This document shows, piece after piece, positions 26,122 to 36,283 of a stretch of DNA of 48,913 bases. Source of the stretch: an uncultured bacterium (lineage in GTDB: Bacteria; Patescibacteriota; Minisyncoccia; Phycocordibacterales; GWA1-40-21). Made by a program: the position numbers and the translations under genes. The number at the start of each line of letters is the position of its first letter. Position 1 is the stretch's first letter. Location of the stretch: positions 1 to 48,913 of the forward strand of contig CAIJUJ010000029.1 in NCBI GenBank assembly GCA_903823865.1, given 5' to 3'. The notes beneath the pieces are model-generated. The model was given only the letters and a program-made list of their open reading frames with translations. It ran no database searches and was not told the DNA's origin.

Positions 26122-29100
26122 TTAGTTAGACAAGTAGTTTTGATTTGATGTTGAATATGAAGGAATCAAAGACGCATCTAATTGACCTGAATTTCCTTCG
26201 ACATCGTACCATCCTAATGTTGTTGGTGCATCCAATTGTGTTGTAAGAGCATCAGTAGCAACACCAACTGTTACGCTGTCAACACTGCCATATAGTGAGT
26301 AACTATATGTACCTGGAGCTAAATTGTAGTTAGGTACGAATACAACTGATCCTATACCTGTTGCTGTCATTACTGATGATGTCGCTACGACTGTATTACT
26401 GCTGTCTTTAAGGACAAGAGCTGCACCCGTTGTGGTTGCTGTTTTTCCTTGTAGAATAGTAAATCCAATTTTAGACATTTCAACCGTCTTACCAACAACT
26501 GTAATTGATATATCAGCCAATTTAAGTGAAGTGCTTTTTGTCAAACCTGTTCTTGATGCTGAGATCAAAGAAACAAGTGGGTAAGCAGCTACTGGTGACA
26601 TAGCCAATGTTGATTTGTTTGGGTAGAACGTTGTTGTATTATTTCCTGCTTGATATTTAACAGAAGTTAATACTAACTGAACTGGAACTGCAGATGTAAT
26701 ACCTCCAGCTGTTACTCCAACTGTGTTATAAGCAACAGAGACTGGGATATTTGTACCCACATTTGAAACTGGGATTTGAATATTTAGACCAGAAATTGTT
26801 GTTGTAGCACCTGCTGAAACTGGAACTGTGACTCCTCCAACAGAAATTGATGTAATCGCATTTAAGTTTGTAGAGCTTGCCATAAATCCAAGGTCAGTAA
26901 TAACTGATGTACCGATGGTTGATGTAAATGTATATGTTCCAATAACTGAGTTTGCTGATGTTGAACCACCAATAACAAGTTGTGCTGATGTTGGTGTAAC
27001 ACCTGATGCAAGACCTGATGTTGACAATGAACCATTTCCAACTGTCAATACCTGTCCATATATAGGTGTAACCTGTGAAGCGTCAATATTGCTATTAACA
27101 CCTGTAGCTGTAACTGCCAAACTTGTAATAATTCGGTTTGTTGAGCTATGTGTACCGTTTGTAGCTGAAGCTGTAACAACTGGTGTACCAACTACTTTTG
27201 CAACTGCAGTAAGTGTTACTTTTGTAGCATCACTTGTAGCTGTTACTGTGGCAGAAGCGGCTGCGTTTATAGCGGCTGCGAATGCTGTCATTTCAGTTGT
27301 TGTTGCAACTGAAGCGACTTGGTAATTTACTGTCGTTGCGCCGATAACTGCAGTCAAAGTATCACCAACTTCAAGATTTCCTGGAGTCAATGTGGATACC
27401 TGAGATGCTGTATCAACACCACCGGCTAATACTGTTTGTGCAGCAGTTGTATTTGTTCCTCCTGCTGTTGTTGTTATAAGATTACCAACTGTTCCAGCTG
27501 TGTTAGCTGTAAGAGTGATAACTCCTTGGACTGATGAAGCTGCAACAAGAGATTGGGAAGCATTTATTAATGCTGCTAAGTTTGCTGCTGCAGTTGTAGA
27601 AGAAACTATTCCTCCTGCTGTATAAGAAACAAGAACACCGTTAATTGTAGTACTTGCAATTTGTCCAACCGTTAATTGGTTAGAAATTGTAACTGTACCC
27701 GAAGCTTTAGCTCCGGCAGATCCTGCGGTTGTTGTTGCTGAAACTAATGTTTGTGCTGTATCTGAGTTTGCAACTGAAGCAACTGCTCCAATATCTGCAA
27801 ATACATCTACTACGTGTGTACCGTTTGCTGGGATTGTGAAGTTTACTCCAAAGTTGTTTGAACTTTGAGGATTTACAGATGTATTAGCATCTGAAATTTT
27901 CAAATTTGACAAACCTGACAAAGGCAAAGTGCTTGATGATGCAATACCTAACACCAAAGTAGTAATTCTTACTGGCTCTGATGAATTTGAGCTCAAATTA
28001 AACGAACCTATCTTAACACCAGTTGAATTGGCTGTTACAGATGAGTTGTTAAATGAAGCATTTGTAGCAACTGTCAAACCTCCACCAACGATTGTCATTG
28101 TTGGTCCAGCAATTGTAGAAACTACTGTTGGACAACCCTGAATTGTACCTCCCGTTCCAGGGAATGTACACATTTGTGAAGAATATGAACCCTGAGTGTT
28201 ATTTGCATAACCACCCAAAGTTACAATAACTTGAGAAGCAACTGGTGTACTACTACCTATTGAATCTTTCAAATCTCCTTTAACTGTAAGTGTAACTGTT
28301 TGGTTTGCACTTATTACCAAAGAAGAACCTAGGCTAAACAAAGTGCTTGCTGTTGGTAATACATTTTGTGAGCTTGAAATTGCAATACCGTTTGCGTACA
28401 AAGCGACATTTGACAATTTTTGGTTGGCTGAGATGTTAAGATAAGAAATCTTTTCATCCTCACCGTAAGCTTTTAATGTATATTGTGCCAAAGGAACATT
28501 TGTTGAACCGTAAACTATATTTCCAGAACTCAAATTTGAATCCTGAGAGATAGATACGTTACCGACAGTAACAGAAATATTAACTGTGGTTATTGGAAGT
28601 CCTGAAGCCGCTATTCCTACGTTATAGTTTGAATCTATAACAGAAATATCAGCTGCATTCTGAAGTGATAATGAGAATGATCTTGATGAACCATTAACAA
28701 TATCTGCTCTTATCTCAAGAGTTCTTGAGCTGTCTATCTTGTATGGCATTGCAGTAAGATCAAAAGTGATCATACCGTTTGCATCTATACCAGAAGCTTT
28801 AGCTGCTTGAACCCCTGAAATGTATAGGTTCAAATTCTGAAGTGAATTTGATGGGATTGAACCAATAACTTTAACTGCCAAACTCTTTAGCCAAACATAT
28901 CTTGTTATACCAGATAATGTTGCTGACCAAATTGTTTGACTTAATGTCCCTGCTTGAACAGTTGGACTAACTGCTAAGTTTGCAAGACTAAGTGGTGAAA
29001 TATCTCCTGCCGAAGCAACTGTCATAACTGCACCAGATACTGGATATACAGCTGAGACTACTTGGCTTGTTGACCCTAATGTTACACCTAAAAGTGAAAC

Positions 29101-29886
29101 ATTTACTGTCTGGCCTGCTGCTGCTGTAAGAAGAATGTCTGACTTAACAGCGACTGTGACTGAAGAACCTGCTGGGATTGTAAACAATCCTTGTCCAGCA
29201 TTAAATGTTATTTTTCCTGCTGAAACTGTTGCTGAATCTGTCAATCTAACAGCACCTTGGAACAAATAAACATTTGAAAGTGATGTATCTGCTGATACTC
29301 CACCTCTTTGTAATGTTATATTTGTAACGACTGCTGGAACTGCTGATGTGTTTTGGAATGTATATTCCGCAAGATCAGCTGCTGCTTGACCTGCGATGAT
29401 AGCACCTGATACAGGTGAACTTGCAGCCAATGATACTGCAACACTTGAACCTGTTGGGACAACTGTTGTACCTTGTGAAACTGTAGTTCCTGCTGAAGCA
29501 TTTACTACTCCTCTTGTTTTAGCACCAAAGTATCCTGCTGCTGGTGTTATTCCTTTTGACAACTGGAATTGTATCAAAGCTGCTTTTGTAAGCGCTCCGA
29601 AATATCCTGTTGCTGGAGAAATTCCTAGCAAGTTTTGTAATGCTGTAACATCAGCACCTCTTGATCCGACTGTTAAGTCTTTAGCAAAAGTATATCCTGA
29701 TGAAACTGTTACGACTGATGCTGGAGCTATTGAAGCTGTAAGTGATGCGGCTTGTGAAGCATTGATAATCCCTGCGCTCAAAAGCATAGAGATATCACTT
29801 GCTGTCAAAGCTGATGCAACGTTAGCACCCGCCAATGAAAGTACCAATGCGACTGACGCAAAGATACCAATTAATTTTTTACTCAT
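26122..29886 (-). CDS. Large secreted S-layer-like protein with an N-terminal peptidoglycan-binding domain
   Basis: Signal peptide; FAKDLTVGSRGADVTALQ..TGYFGALTKAALIQFQ (PG-binding-1-like); Thr/Ser/Ala/Val/Gly-rich beta repeats. Confidence 0.8.
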   Translation of the reverse strand: MSKKLIGIFASVALVLSLAGANVASALTASDISMLLSAGIINASQAASLTASIAPASVVTVSSGYTFAKDLTVGSRGADVTALQNLLGISPATGYFGALTKAALIQFQLSKGITPAAGYFGAKTRGVVNASAGTTVSQGTTVVPTGSSVAVSLAASSPVSGAIIAGQAAADLAEYTFQNTSAVPAVVTNITLQRGGVSADTSLSNVYLFQGAVRLTDSATVSAGKITFNAGQGLFTIPAGSSVTVAVKSDILLTAAAGQTVNVSLLGVTLGSTSQVVSAVYPVSGAVMTVASAGDISPLSLANLAVSPTVQAGTLSQTIWSATLSGITRYVWLKSLAVKVIGSIPSNSLQNLNLYISGVQAAKASGIDANGMITFDLTAMPYKIDSSRTLEIRADIVNGSSRSFSLSLQNAADISVIDSNYNVGIAASGLPITTVNISVTVGNVSISQDSNLSSGNIVYGSTNVPLAQYTLKAYGEDEKISYLNISANQKLSNVALYANGIAISSSQNVLPTASTLFSLGSSLVISANQTVTLTVKGDLKDSIGSSTPVASQVIVTLGGYANNTQGSYSSQMCTFPGTGGTIQGCPTVVSTIAGPTMTIVGGGLTVATNASFNNSSVTANSTGVKIGSFNLSSNSSEPVRITTLVLGIASSSTLPLSGLSNLKISDANTSVNPQSSNNFGVNFTIPANGTHVVDVFADIGAVASVANSDTAQTLVSATTTAGSAGAKASGTVTISNQLTVGQIASTTINGVLVSYTAGGIVSSTTAAANLAALINASQSLVAASSVQGVITLTANTAGTVGNLITTTAGGTNTTAAQTVLAGGVDTASQVSTLTPGNLEVGDTLTAVIGATTVNYQVASVATTTEMTAFAAAINAAASATVTATSDATKVTLTAVAKVVGTPVVTASATNGTHSSTNRIITSLAVTATGVNSNIDASQVTPIYGQVLTVGNGSLSTSGLASGVTPTSAQLVIGGSTSANSVIGTYTFTSTIGTSVITDLGFMASSTNLNAITSISVGGVTVPVSAGATTTISGLNIQIPVSNVGTNIPVSVAYNTVGVTAGGITSAVPVQLVLTSVKYQAGNNTTTFYPNKSTLAMSPVAAYPLVSLISASRTGLTKSTSLKLADISITVVGKTVEMSKIGFTILQGKTATTTGAALVLKDSSNTVVATSSVMTATGIGSVVFVPNYNLAPGTYSYSLYGSVDSVTVGVATDALTTQLDAPTTLGWYDVEGNSGQLDASLIPSYSTSNQNYLSN

Positions 29887-30473
29887 ATCTAATTTGTAAT
29901 TTTTAAATTAAAAGAAAAAACTTTCCCTAACATTAACTAATAAAAAACTAATAACGTTGGAAAGAATTATCTTTATTTTCTCACCAGTAAACTTTTTGAT
30001 AAACAAAATTTTATTTTATTTATCTCGAGCAAAATAAAGTGTTTCGACTAAAAACAATTTTATTTAAATCTGATGAACGTCTATTCTCTCATTGAAATTT
30101 TTAAAATGACCTTCTAAAAATTTCGAGATAACACGTGGCCGACACATTGCACACGCGACTTTCTTTCTACTATTCCTAATTATTTATATTCTCATACACA
30201 CGATCACCTTGAGCAGATGAAAGTTTTTTAGTGTTTGAGTTCGACACAAACAAAAAGGATTAGCTGACGTAAACGAAAACTGAACTTTCTGTGATTTTCC
30301 GAGTATTCAATTGTCAAAGTTCTCGACCACTGACAAATGGGTTTGAGCAAACCCGAATCAGTATTTCTGTATTGGTTTAACCTTTTAAAGTTAAACCGAT
30401 TAGACCGCCTTTAAGCCGTCTAAATCTTGAGAAATATAAAGCGCTTTTAGGCACTTAATAAATCTCAATCTAT

Positions 30474-30521
30474 ATTATATATCTTGTTAGAATATCTAGC
30501 AAAATATATAACTGTGGATAA
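30474..30521 (-). promoter_or_regulatory. Candidate promoter (TTGCTA-17-TATAAT) with an adjacent perfect DnaA box
   Basis: -10 at 30474-30479, -35 at 30497-30502, TTATCCACA at 30513-30521. Confidence 0.6.
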
Positions 30522-30744
30522 CTAAAAAAAGCTTCTACTTATCGCACTTAACTCTTAAAAAATTAAAGGCTTTAAATAAAAACTGCAACTAATTACGACC
30601 ACAACTATATTCTTACATATTATAAGCAAAAAGGCAATTATAAATTTGGTCTATTTTACACATGTATTTAATAATAATTAAGATGAAATTCTAAAAGTTT
30701 TAACATAATGGTGGTGAGCAGAAAGAGAAGCAAATAAAGGACAG

Positions 30745-30786
30745 AAAAATAGCCCTGTTTCCTGACTAGGAAACAGGGCTATTTTT
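30745..30786. terminator. 19-bp perfect hairpin, terminator-like
   Basis: AAAAATAGCCCTGTTTCCT-GACT-AGGAAACAGGGCTATTTTT. Confidence 0.8.
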
Positions 30787-30792
30787 GTCTTA

Positions 30793-31617
30793 TTATTTGA
30801 TAATAAAATATTTTGACCATCTTCTCTCGCCTTCTTTCTTTAGGACACCTTTTGAAACAAGTGATAGGAGTTCTCTTTGGATTGTTTTTTCGCTACAACC
30901 CTTAATATTCTTAGCAAAATCTTTGATTGTTAGCTTCACACCACTTTTTAACATTGATAGTATTATTTCTTGCCTACTATTTTTGTCCTTTACAGTTTTT
31001 CGTGAGACATCATTATTTGTTAAAGACACGTTTCCATCTATCACTGCTTTGTCCGATTGGCTTTGTCCTTTATTGTTGTCCTTTAGAAAATCATTCTTAG
31101 TAATGTCCAGACCCTGATGGTAATTTGGAAAGACCTGGTCTTGCACAAAATTATAATCTCCATCAAAAAGATTTGGTTCAAAAGCAATCTTTGCTGAAGA
31201 ATAATTTGATGCTGAAGTAATCAAAAAATTAGCTAGTTTTGTTAGTTCTGAAGTGATTATATAATGATTGTTTTTTGATATCATTTTTGTGTGCTCTGCA
31301 ATATCAAAAAGGGTTGATATTTCAGTAATAGCTGACAGTAAATTTTTATGATATGTTTCTTCCCCCCAAATTCTATCGGACATTTCCAAAACGTTACCAA
31401 GCATCTTGTGTGAGATATGTCTCGCTCTTTCTTTCATTGGCTCTTTATCAGACATGTGACTAGTAAGTAGGTATATACCTTTGACGAGCTTTTCTGTCTT
31501 TTGAAATATAAAAAGTCCGTATGAGTCACCATCAAACAATATTCCGATATCGGCTTTAACAATAGGGTTATTTTGACCTTGAGGATTAACTAAATTATTT
31601 TGATTCTTGTTTTCCAT
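30793..31617 (-). CDS. Helical N-terminal domain + C-terminal DeoR-like winged HTH protein
   Basis: RQEIILSML...LTIKDFAKNIKGCSEKTIQREL..LV..GVLKKEGERRW. Start at MENK (31617) preferred over the track start. Confidence 0.7.
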   Translation of the reverse strand: MENKNQNNLVNPQGQNNPIVKADIGILFDGDSYGLFIFQKTEKLVKGIYLLTSHMSDKEPMKERARHISHKMLGNVLEMSDRIWGEETYHKNLLSAITEISTLFDIAEHTKMISKNNHYIITSELTKLANFLITSASNYSSAKIAFEPNLFDGDYNFVQDQVFPNYHQGLDITKNDFLKDNNKGQSQSDKAVIDGNVSLTNNDVSRKTVKDKNSRQEIILSMLKSGVKLTIKDFAKNIKGCSEKTIQRELLSLVSKGVLKKEGERRWSKYFIIK

Positions 31618-32011
31618 AATTAAGTTGATTATTGTCTTTAATAAAACGTCCTTTATTTTATTACTGTCTTTTAAATTTTGTCTTTTAAGATTTATTGGAC
31701 AAATAGTTAAGTTAGATAATGATATTATGTCCATTAGGAAATGTAAAGAGCAAATACACCATTGCAAAACATATTCTATTGCTGTAGCAATAGGTATTGA
31801 AATATACATAAGTATTACTAATTTCTTGCGCGCGTGGCGAAGCAACCTAAGTTTTTATTGAATTTATTTGTGAACTATTTCACTACACCGACAACGGGGC
31901 TATATGATTTATTATTACAAAAAAAATCACAAGAAATAATATTGAAAATTTGATATAATTATCAGAAGTTTTTATGTTGTAAATTAAAAGTTTGAACTAA
32001 ATAAATATTAA

Positions 32012-34288
32012 ATGGCTAAAAAAAATAAAGATAAAAAAATAAACCAGAAGTCATCAAAAGAAAATATTTTAAGTGGAATTAAACATCAGACTAGACAAGG
32101 TATTTTTGCGGTAGTTTTTATTGTGCTCGCAATTATTTTTGTCCTTGCATCTATTAGTAATTCTAACGGTGGAAGTTTTGCTGGACCAGTAGGCCAAGAA
32201 CTTTATAAAATACTTTCGTTGCTTCTTGGCATTGGATATTTTCTTTTGCCTGTATTTTTTCTCATGCTCAGTATTTCATTTTTTAAAGCAGAAGAAAGAA
32301 GTTTAAACAAATTAAAAATTTTTGGTGGCCTATTCTTTTTTATTTCAGGACTTGGACTTATAAATTTAATTTCGACACAATATTGGACTGCGCAAGGCGG
32401 ATATGTAGGATGGGTTATCTCCACTCCCCTTTTGAAAATGTTTGGCTTTTACGCAAGCACAATAATTTTGCTAGCTCTATTGATTATTTCTTTCCTAATT
32501 TTATTTGAAACAAAACTTACAATTGATTCGCTCATGTTTTGGAAAAAGAAAGAAAAAGAAGTTGAAGAAAACGATGATGATATCCAAATGATTGCTGACA
32601 AGGCCGAGGAAGATGAAGAAAAAGCAGACGAGGTTGAAAAAGAAAAAGAGGACAAAAAAGAGAAAAAACAATCAAAAGGTTTCTTTGTAAAAAATGGTGA
32701 TGAAGAAGATTCCGGAATTAAATACAATCCTCGAGCTCTCGGTAGCACAAAATATGTTCCTCCCCCACTATCATTGCTTGAAGACGACAAGGGGAGAGTT
32801 GTTTCTGGTGACATAAAAGCAAATGCAAATATTATAAAAAGAACTTTGCAAAACTTTGGTATCGATGTAGAAATGGATGAAGTTTCAATCGGTCCATCTG
32901 TTACAAGATATGCTTTAAAGCCTGCTGAGGGTGTAAAAATTTCAAGAATTTTAGGTTTACAAAATGACCTATCGCTTGCTCTCGCCGCACACCCACTTAG
33001 AATTGAAGCTCCTATCCCAGGCAAATCTCTTGTAGGAATTGAAATACCAAACTCAATAAAATCCACCGTTGGTCTTTCAATGCTTATTGGTTCTGAAGAA
33101 TTTCAAAAATCTGATAAACCATTACTTGTAACTCTTGGAAAAGGTATTTCTGGAAAATCACACTTCGTAAACGTAGCAAAAATGCCCCATGTTCTTGTAG
33201 CTGGTGCTACTGGCTCTGGTAAATCTGTCACGATACACGCAATGATTACGTCGTTACTTTACAGAAATTCTCCTGAAATAATGAGATTTATAATGATCGA
33301 CCCCAAAAGAGTTGAGCTTACTTTGTATAACAAAATTCCCCACCTTCTTACACCTGTTATTACTGATGCAAAGAAAACTATTCTTGCTTTGAAATGGGCA
33401 ACAAAAGAAATGGACCGCAGATATGATATTTTAGAAGCTATGGCAGTAAAAGATATAGATTCTTATCATAAAAATATTTTTAATCCTGAAATTCAAAGAA
33501 TAAATGAACTGAAGAAAAAAGGTACTTATAATCCTGACAAACATATTGCACCTGAGCCTATGCCATTCATTATTATTGTTATAGATGAGCTTGCAGATAT
33601 TATGATGGCTTATCCACGCGAGCTTGAAGCTGGAATTGTCCGTTTGGCACAAATGAGCCGAGCTGTTGGTATTCACCTTATCATTTCCACACAAAGACCA
33701 TCCGTTAATGTTATCACCGGTATAATCAAGGCAAACATTCCTTCAAGAATTGCGCTGCAGGTTGTTTCTCAAATAGATTCAAGAACGATTTTAGATACAC
33801 CAGGAGCTGAAAAACTTCTCGGGGCTGGAGATATGCTTTATATGGGCGGAGAAATGTCAAAGCCAATTAGAATCCAGTCTGCTTTTGTTTCAGAAAAAGA
33901 AGTTAAAGATGTTGTTAAATTTTTGGTTGATGAATATAAAAATGAACTTATTGGTGGAGAAATTGACCTCGCTGAAGTCGCAAAGAGTGGAGAAAGTGAT
34001 GGTGTTGGAGTATTTAATAGTCTAGAAGATGATGGTAGCGATGAGCTTTACGAACAAGCTAAGGAAGAAGTTTTGAGAGCGGGTAAGGCATCTACTTCAT
34101 ACATACAAAGAAAATTACGTGTTGGATATTCTCGTGCGGCGAGACTCGTTGATTTACTTGAAAAAAATGGAGTTATTGGACCAGGCGATGGCGCAAAGGC
34201 AAGAGAAGTTATTGGAGCAAATAAAATTGAAAATGTAGAAGAAAAACCACTTGAAGGAGTTGAACATAATGACGGAGATTACTTATAA
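32012..34288 (+). CDS. ftsK: DNA translocase FtsK/SpoIIIE
   Basis: N-terminal TMs, GPSVTRY, RIEAPIPGK, HVLVAGATGSGKS, IDELAD, TQRPS and a gamma domain (QRKLRVGYSRAARL). Confidence 0.95.
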   Translation: MAKKNKDKKINQKSSKENILSGIKHQTRQGIFAVVFIVLAIIFVLASISNSNGGSFAGPVGQELYKILSLLLGIGYFLLPVFFLMLSISFFKAEERSLNKLKIFGGLFFFISGLGLINLISTQYWTAQGGYVGWVISTPLLKMFGFYASTIILLALLIISFLILFETKLTIDSLMFWKKKEKEVEENDDDIQMIADKAEEDEEKADEVEKEKEDKKEKKQSKGFFVKNGDEEDSGIKYNPRALGSTKYVPPPLSLLEDDKGRVVSGDIKANANIIKRTLQNFGIDVEMDEVSIGPSVTRYALKPAEGVKISRILGLQNDLSLALAAHPLRIEAPIPGKSLVGIEIPNSIKSTVGLSMLIGSEEFQKSDKPLLVTLGKGISGKSHFVNVAKMPHVLVAGATGSGKSVTIHAMITSLLYRNSPEIMRFIMIDPKRVELTLYNKIPHLLTPVITDAKKTILALKWATKEMDRRYDILEAMAVKDIDSYHKNIFNPEIQRINELKKKGTYNPDKHIAPEPMPFIIIVIDELADIMMAYPRELEAGIVRLAQMSRAVGIHLIISTQRPSVNVITGIIKANIPSRIALQVVSQIDSRTILDTPGAEKLLGAGDMLYMGGEMSKPIRIQSAFVSEKEVKDVVKFLVDEYKNELIGGEIDLAEVAKSGESDGVGVFNSLEDDGSDELYEQAKEEVLRAGKASTSYIQRKLRVGYSRAARLVDLLEKNGVIGPGDGAKAREVIGANKIENVEEKPLEGVEHNDGDYL

Positions 34289-34315
34289 ACCCGTTAAAGT
34301 TTTTACTAACGCATT

Positions 34316-34585
34316 ATGCAATACATATATGTTATACAAAGTGCAAAAGATGGTCAATTGTATACAGGTTGCACCAAAAACATTAAGGAGAGACTAAAAT
34401 TGCATAATGCCAAAAAAATTACATCAACAAAAAAACATGCGCCATATGTACTTATTTATTACGAGGGGTATATTAATAGCAAAGATGCATTTAATAGAGA
34501 AAAATATATGAAAACACAATATGGTAGAAATTATATAAAAAAGGTCCTAAATAATTTTTTTATTAGTAAAAATTTTCTCGGGTAA
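34316..34585 (+). CDS. Stand-alone GIY-YIG nuclease family protein
   Basis: YIYVIQS..YTGCT..RL..HN..T..LIYYE..A..RE..MK. Confidence 0.85.
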   Translation: MQYIYVIQSAKDGQLYTGCTKNIKERLKLHNAKKITSTKKHAPYVLIYYEGYINSKDAFNREKYMKTQYGRNYIKKVLNNFFISKNFLG

Positions 34586-34939
34586 ATGACTGACAGACAT
34601 TCAACAAGAAAATTACTTAAAATAATCATCATTTCAGTAATTGCTTTATTTGTTGTAATTTACACTGGATTTGAAATACAGAGAGTATTGTTTGGGCCAA
34701 GAATTACTGTTCTCTCCCCCAAAAATGGGGTTCTAGTATCGGATTCCTTAACAGAGGTCGTGGGTATCGCAAAAAATATTAAAGAGATAAGTTTAGATGA
34801 CAGAAAAATATTTATTGACGAGCAGGGCAATTTTAAAGAGCAAGTTTTGTTATCATATGGATATAATGCAATAGATATAAAAGCGACAGATAAATTTGGC
34901 AGAAATACAGAAAAAATAATTGAGGTTATTTATAAATAA
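34586..34939 (+). CDS. Small membrane-anchored Ig-like protein
   Basis: N-terminal TM; GPRITVLSP..G..IDEQGNF..LSYGYN.IDIKATDKFGR. Confidence 0.7.
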   Translation: MTDRHSTRKLLKIIIISVIALFVVIYTGFEIQRVLFGPRITVLSPKNGVLVSDSLTEVVGIAKNIKEISLDDRKIFIDEQGNFKEQVLLSYGYNAIDIKATDKFGRNTEKIIEVIYK

Positions 34940-34959
34940 AATACAGAAAAGTGTATTCT

Positions 34960-35030
34960 GTCATTCCCGCGAAGGCGGAAATCCAGAATTAATTCAAGAC
35001 AACCTAGATTCCCGCCTTCGCGTGAATGAC
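34960..35030. repeat. Inverted REP doublet (GTC-tagged, dRS3-like ATTCCC-N8-GGGAAT)
   Basis: GTCATTCCCGCGAAGGCGGAAATCCAG ... CTAGATTCCCGCCTTCGCGTGAATGAC. Confidence 0.85.
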
Positions 35031-35089
35031 AACGCAAAAAATATGATATAATTATTTAGAAATAATTTATAAATTTTAATAAGATAATT

Positions 35090-36142
35090 ATGGTAAAGAA
35101 AACAAAAGAAAAAAAACAAGGGTCTGATGAATTGGTTGAAACACCAACAGAAAAAAAGGAAACGAATTCGCACAAAATAGAAGATGCAATTGATGCTATA
35201 AAAACCAAATTTGGTGATGATTCTATTATGATGCTTGGGGATAAACCAAGATTAAACATTAATGTTATTCCTACAGGTTCTATTGGTCTTGACGCGGCGC
35301 TTGGAGTTGGTGGACTTCCTCGCGGAAGAATAATTGAAATTTTTGGTCCTGAATCTTCTGGTAAAACAACACTCGCCCTTCATGCTGTTGCTGAAGCACA
35401 AAAAATGGATGGTGTTTGTGCCTATATAGACGCAGAACATGCAATGGATCCTGAATATGCAAAAAAACTTGGTGTAAAAATTGACCAGCTTTTAATTTCT
35501 CAACCAGACAATGGTGAGCAAGCTCTTGATATTGTTGATAGTTTAGTTCGTTCTGGAAAGATAGATATCATTGTTATTGACTCAGTGGCTGCCCTTACCC
35601 CAAAAGATGAGATTGAGGGAGATATGGGTGCATATCATGTCGGTAAACAAGCGAGATTGATGTCACAGGCGCTACGAAAACTCACTGCTATTGTTGCAAA
35701 ATCAAAAACAATTGTAATATTTATAAATCAAATTAGAATGCAAATCGGTGTGATGTTCGGCAATCCAGAAACAACCCCAGGAGGAAAAGCTTTAAAGTTT
35801 TATACATCGGTCAGACTTGATATAAGAAGAATTGCTCAAATAAAAAAAGGTGATGAAATTATGGGAGGAAGAGTCCGCGTAAAAGTTGTAAAAAATAAAG
35901 TCGCTGCTCCTTTCAAACAAACAGAATTTGACCTTATGTATAACGAAGGTATTTCAAAAGAAGGTGAAATACTTGCCTTGGGAGAAAAAATGTTGATTAT
36001 CAAAAAATCTGGTTCATCTTACGAATACAATGGAGAAAAAATTGGCCGAGGATATGATTCGGCGAGAACATTTTTGAAAGAAAATCCAAAAGTAGCGGGA
36101 ACCATATTAAAAGAAATCAGAGCTAAGCTAAAAGAAATATAA
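35090..36142 (+). CDS. recA: Recombinase RecA
   Basis: [34 protein letters not shown] and GGKALKFY. Confidence 0.98.
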   Translation: MVKKTKEKKQGSDELVETPTEKKETNSHKIEDAIDAIKTKFGDDSIMMLGDKPRLNINVIPTGSIGLDAALGVGGLPRGRIIEIFGPESSGKTTLALHAVAEAQKMDGVCAYIDAEHAMDPEYAKKLGVKIDQLLISQPDNGEQALDIVDSLVRSGKIDIIVIDSVAALTPKDEIEGDMGAYHVGKQARLMSQALRKLTAIVAKSKTIVIFINQIRMQIGVMFGNPETTPGGKALKFYTSVRLDIRRIAQIKKGDEIMGGRVRVKVVKNKVAAPFKQTEFDLMYNEGISKEGEILALGEKMLIIKKSGSSYEYNGEKIGRGYDSARTFLKENPKVAGTILKEIRAKLKEI

Positions 36143-36147
36143 AAATC

Positions 36148-36179
36148 AGTATAAGTATCTAGTATTCAATATATAGTAT
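36148..36179 (+). repeat. AGTATnn heptad array after the recA stop
   Basis: AGTAT at 36148, 36154, 36161 and 36175; AATAT at 36168. Confidence 0.75.
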
Positions 36180-36190
36180 ATGCAAATAAC

Positions 36191-36228
36191 AAAAGACGAG
36201 TTTTCGCAAAGCGGAAACTCGTCTTTTT
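36191..36228. terminator. Bidirectional terminator between recA and efp
   Basis: AAAAGACGAGTTT..AAACTCGTCTTTT. Confidence 0.8.
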
Positions 36229-36251
36229 GTGTTTTAATTTTTGTATTTCTT

Positions 36252-36283
36252 ATATTACATACTCATACTGTATACTGCATACT
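36252..36283 (-). repeat. AGTATnn heptad array after the efp stop
   Basis: ATACT at 36259, 36265, 36272 and 36279; ATATT at 36252. Confidence 0.75.

Noticed and set aside
26828-29899. Long antisense ORFs (165 and 167 aa) opposite the S-layer-like gene
   Set aside because: Typical shadow ORFs from biased codon usage of the sense gene; the same applies to the other short overlapping ORFs in the track.
25986-30523. DnaA boxes and the nearby strand switch as oriC
   Set aside because: Only two isolated boxes 4.5 kb apart; no box cluster and no dnaA/dnaN in the window.
30700-30745. TGGTGGTGAGC... as the reverse complement of a tRNA 3' end
   Set aside because: No T-loop (GGTTCGA) or cloverleaf follows; I found no tRNA anywhere in the window.
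30793-31845. Track start for the wHTH protein (350 aa), plus the track starts at 26050 and 19897
   Set aside because: The N-terminal extensions are non-protein-like and overlap promoter or terminator signals; downstream ATGs (31617, 25939, 19864) fit better.
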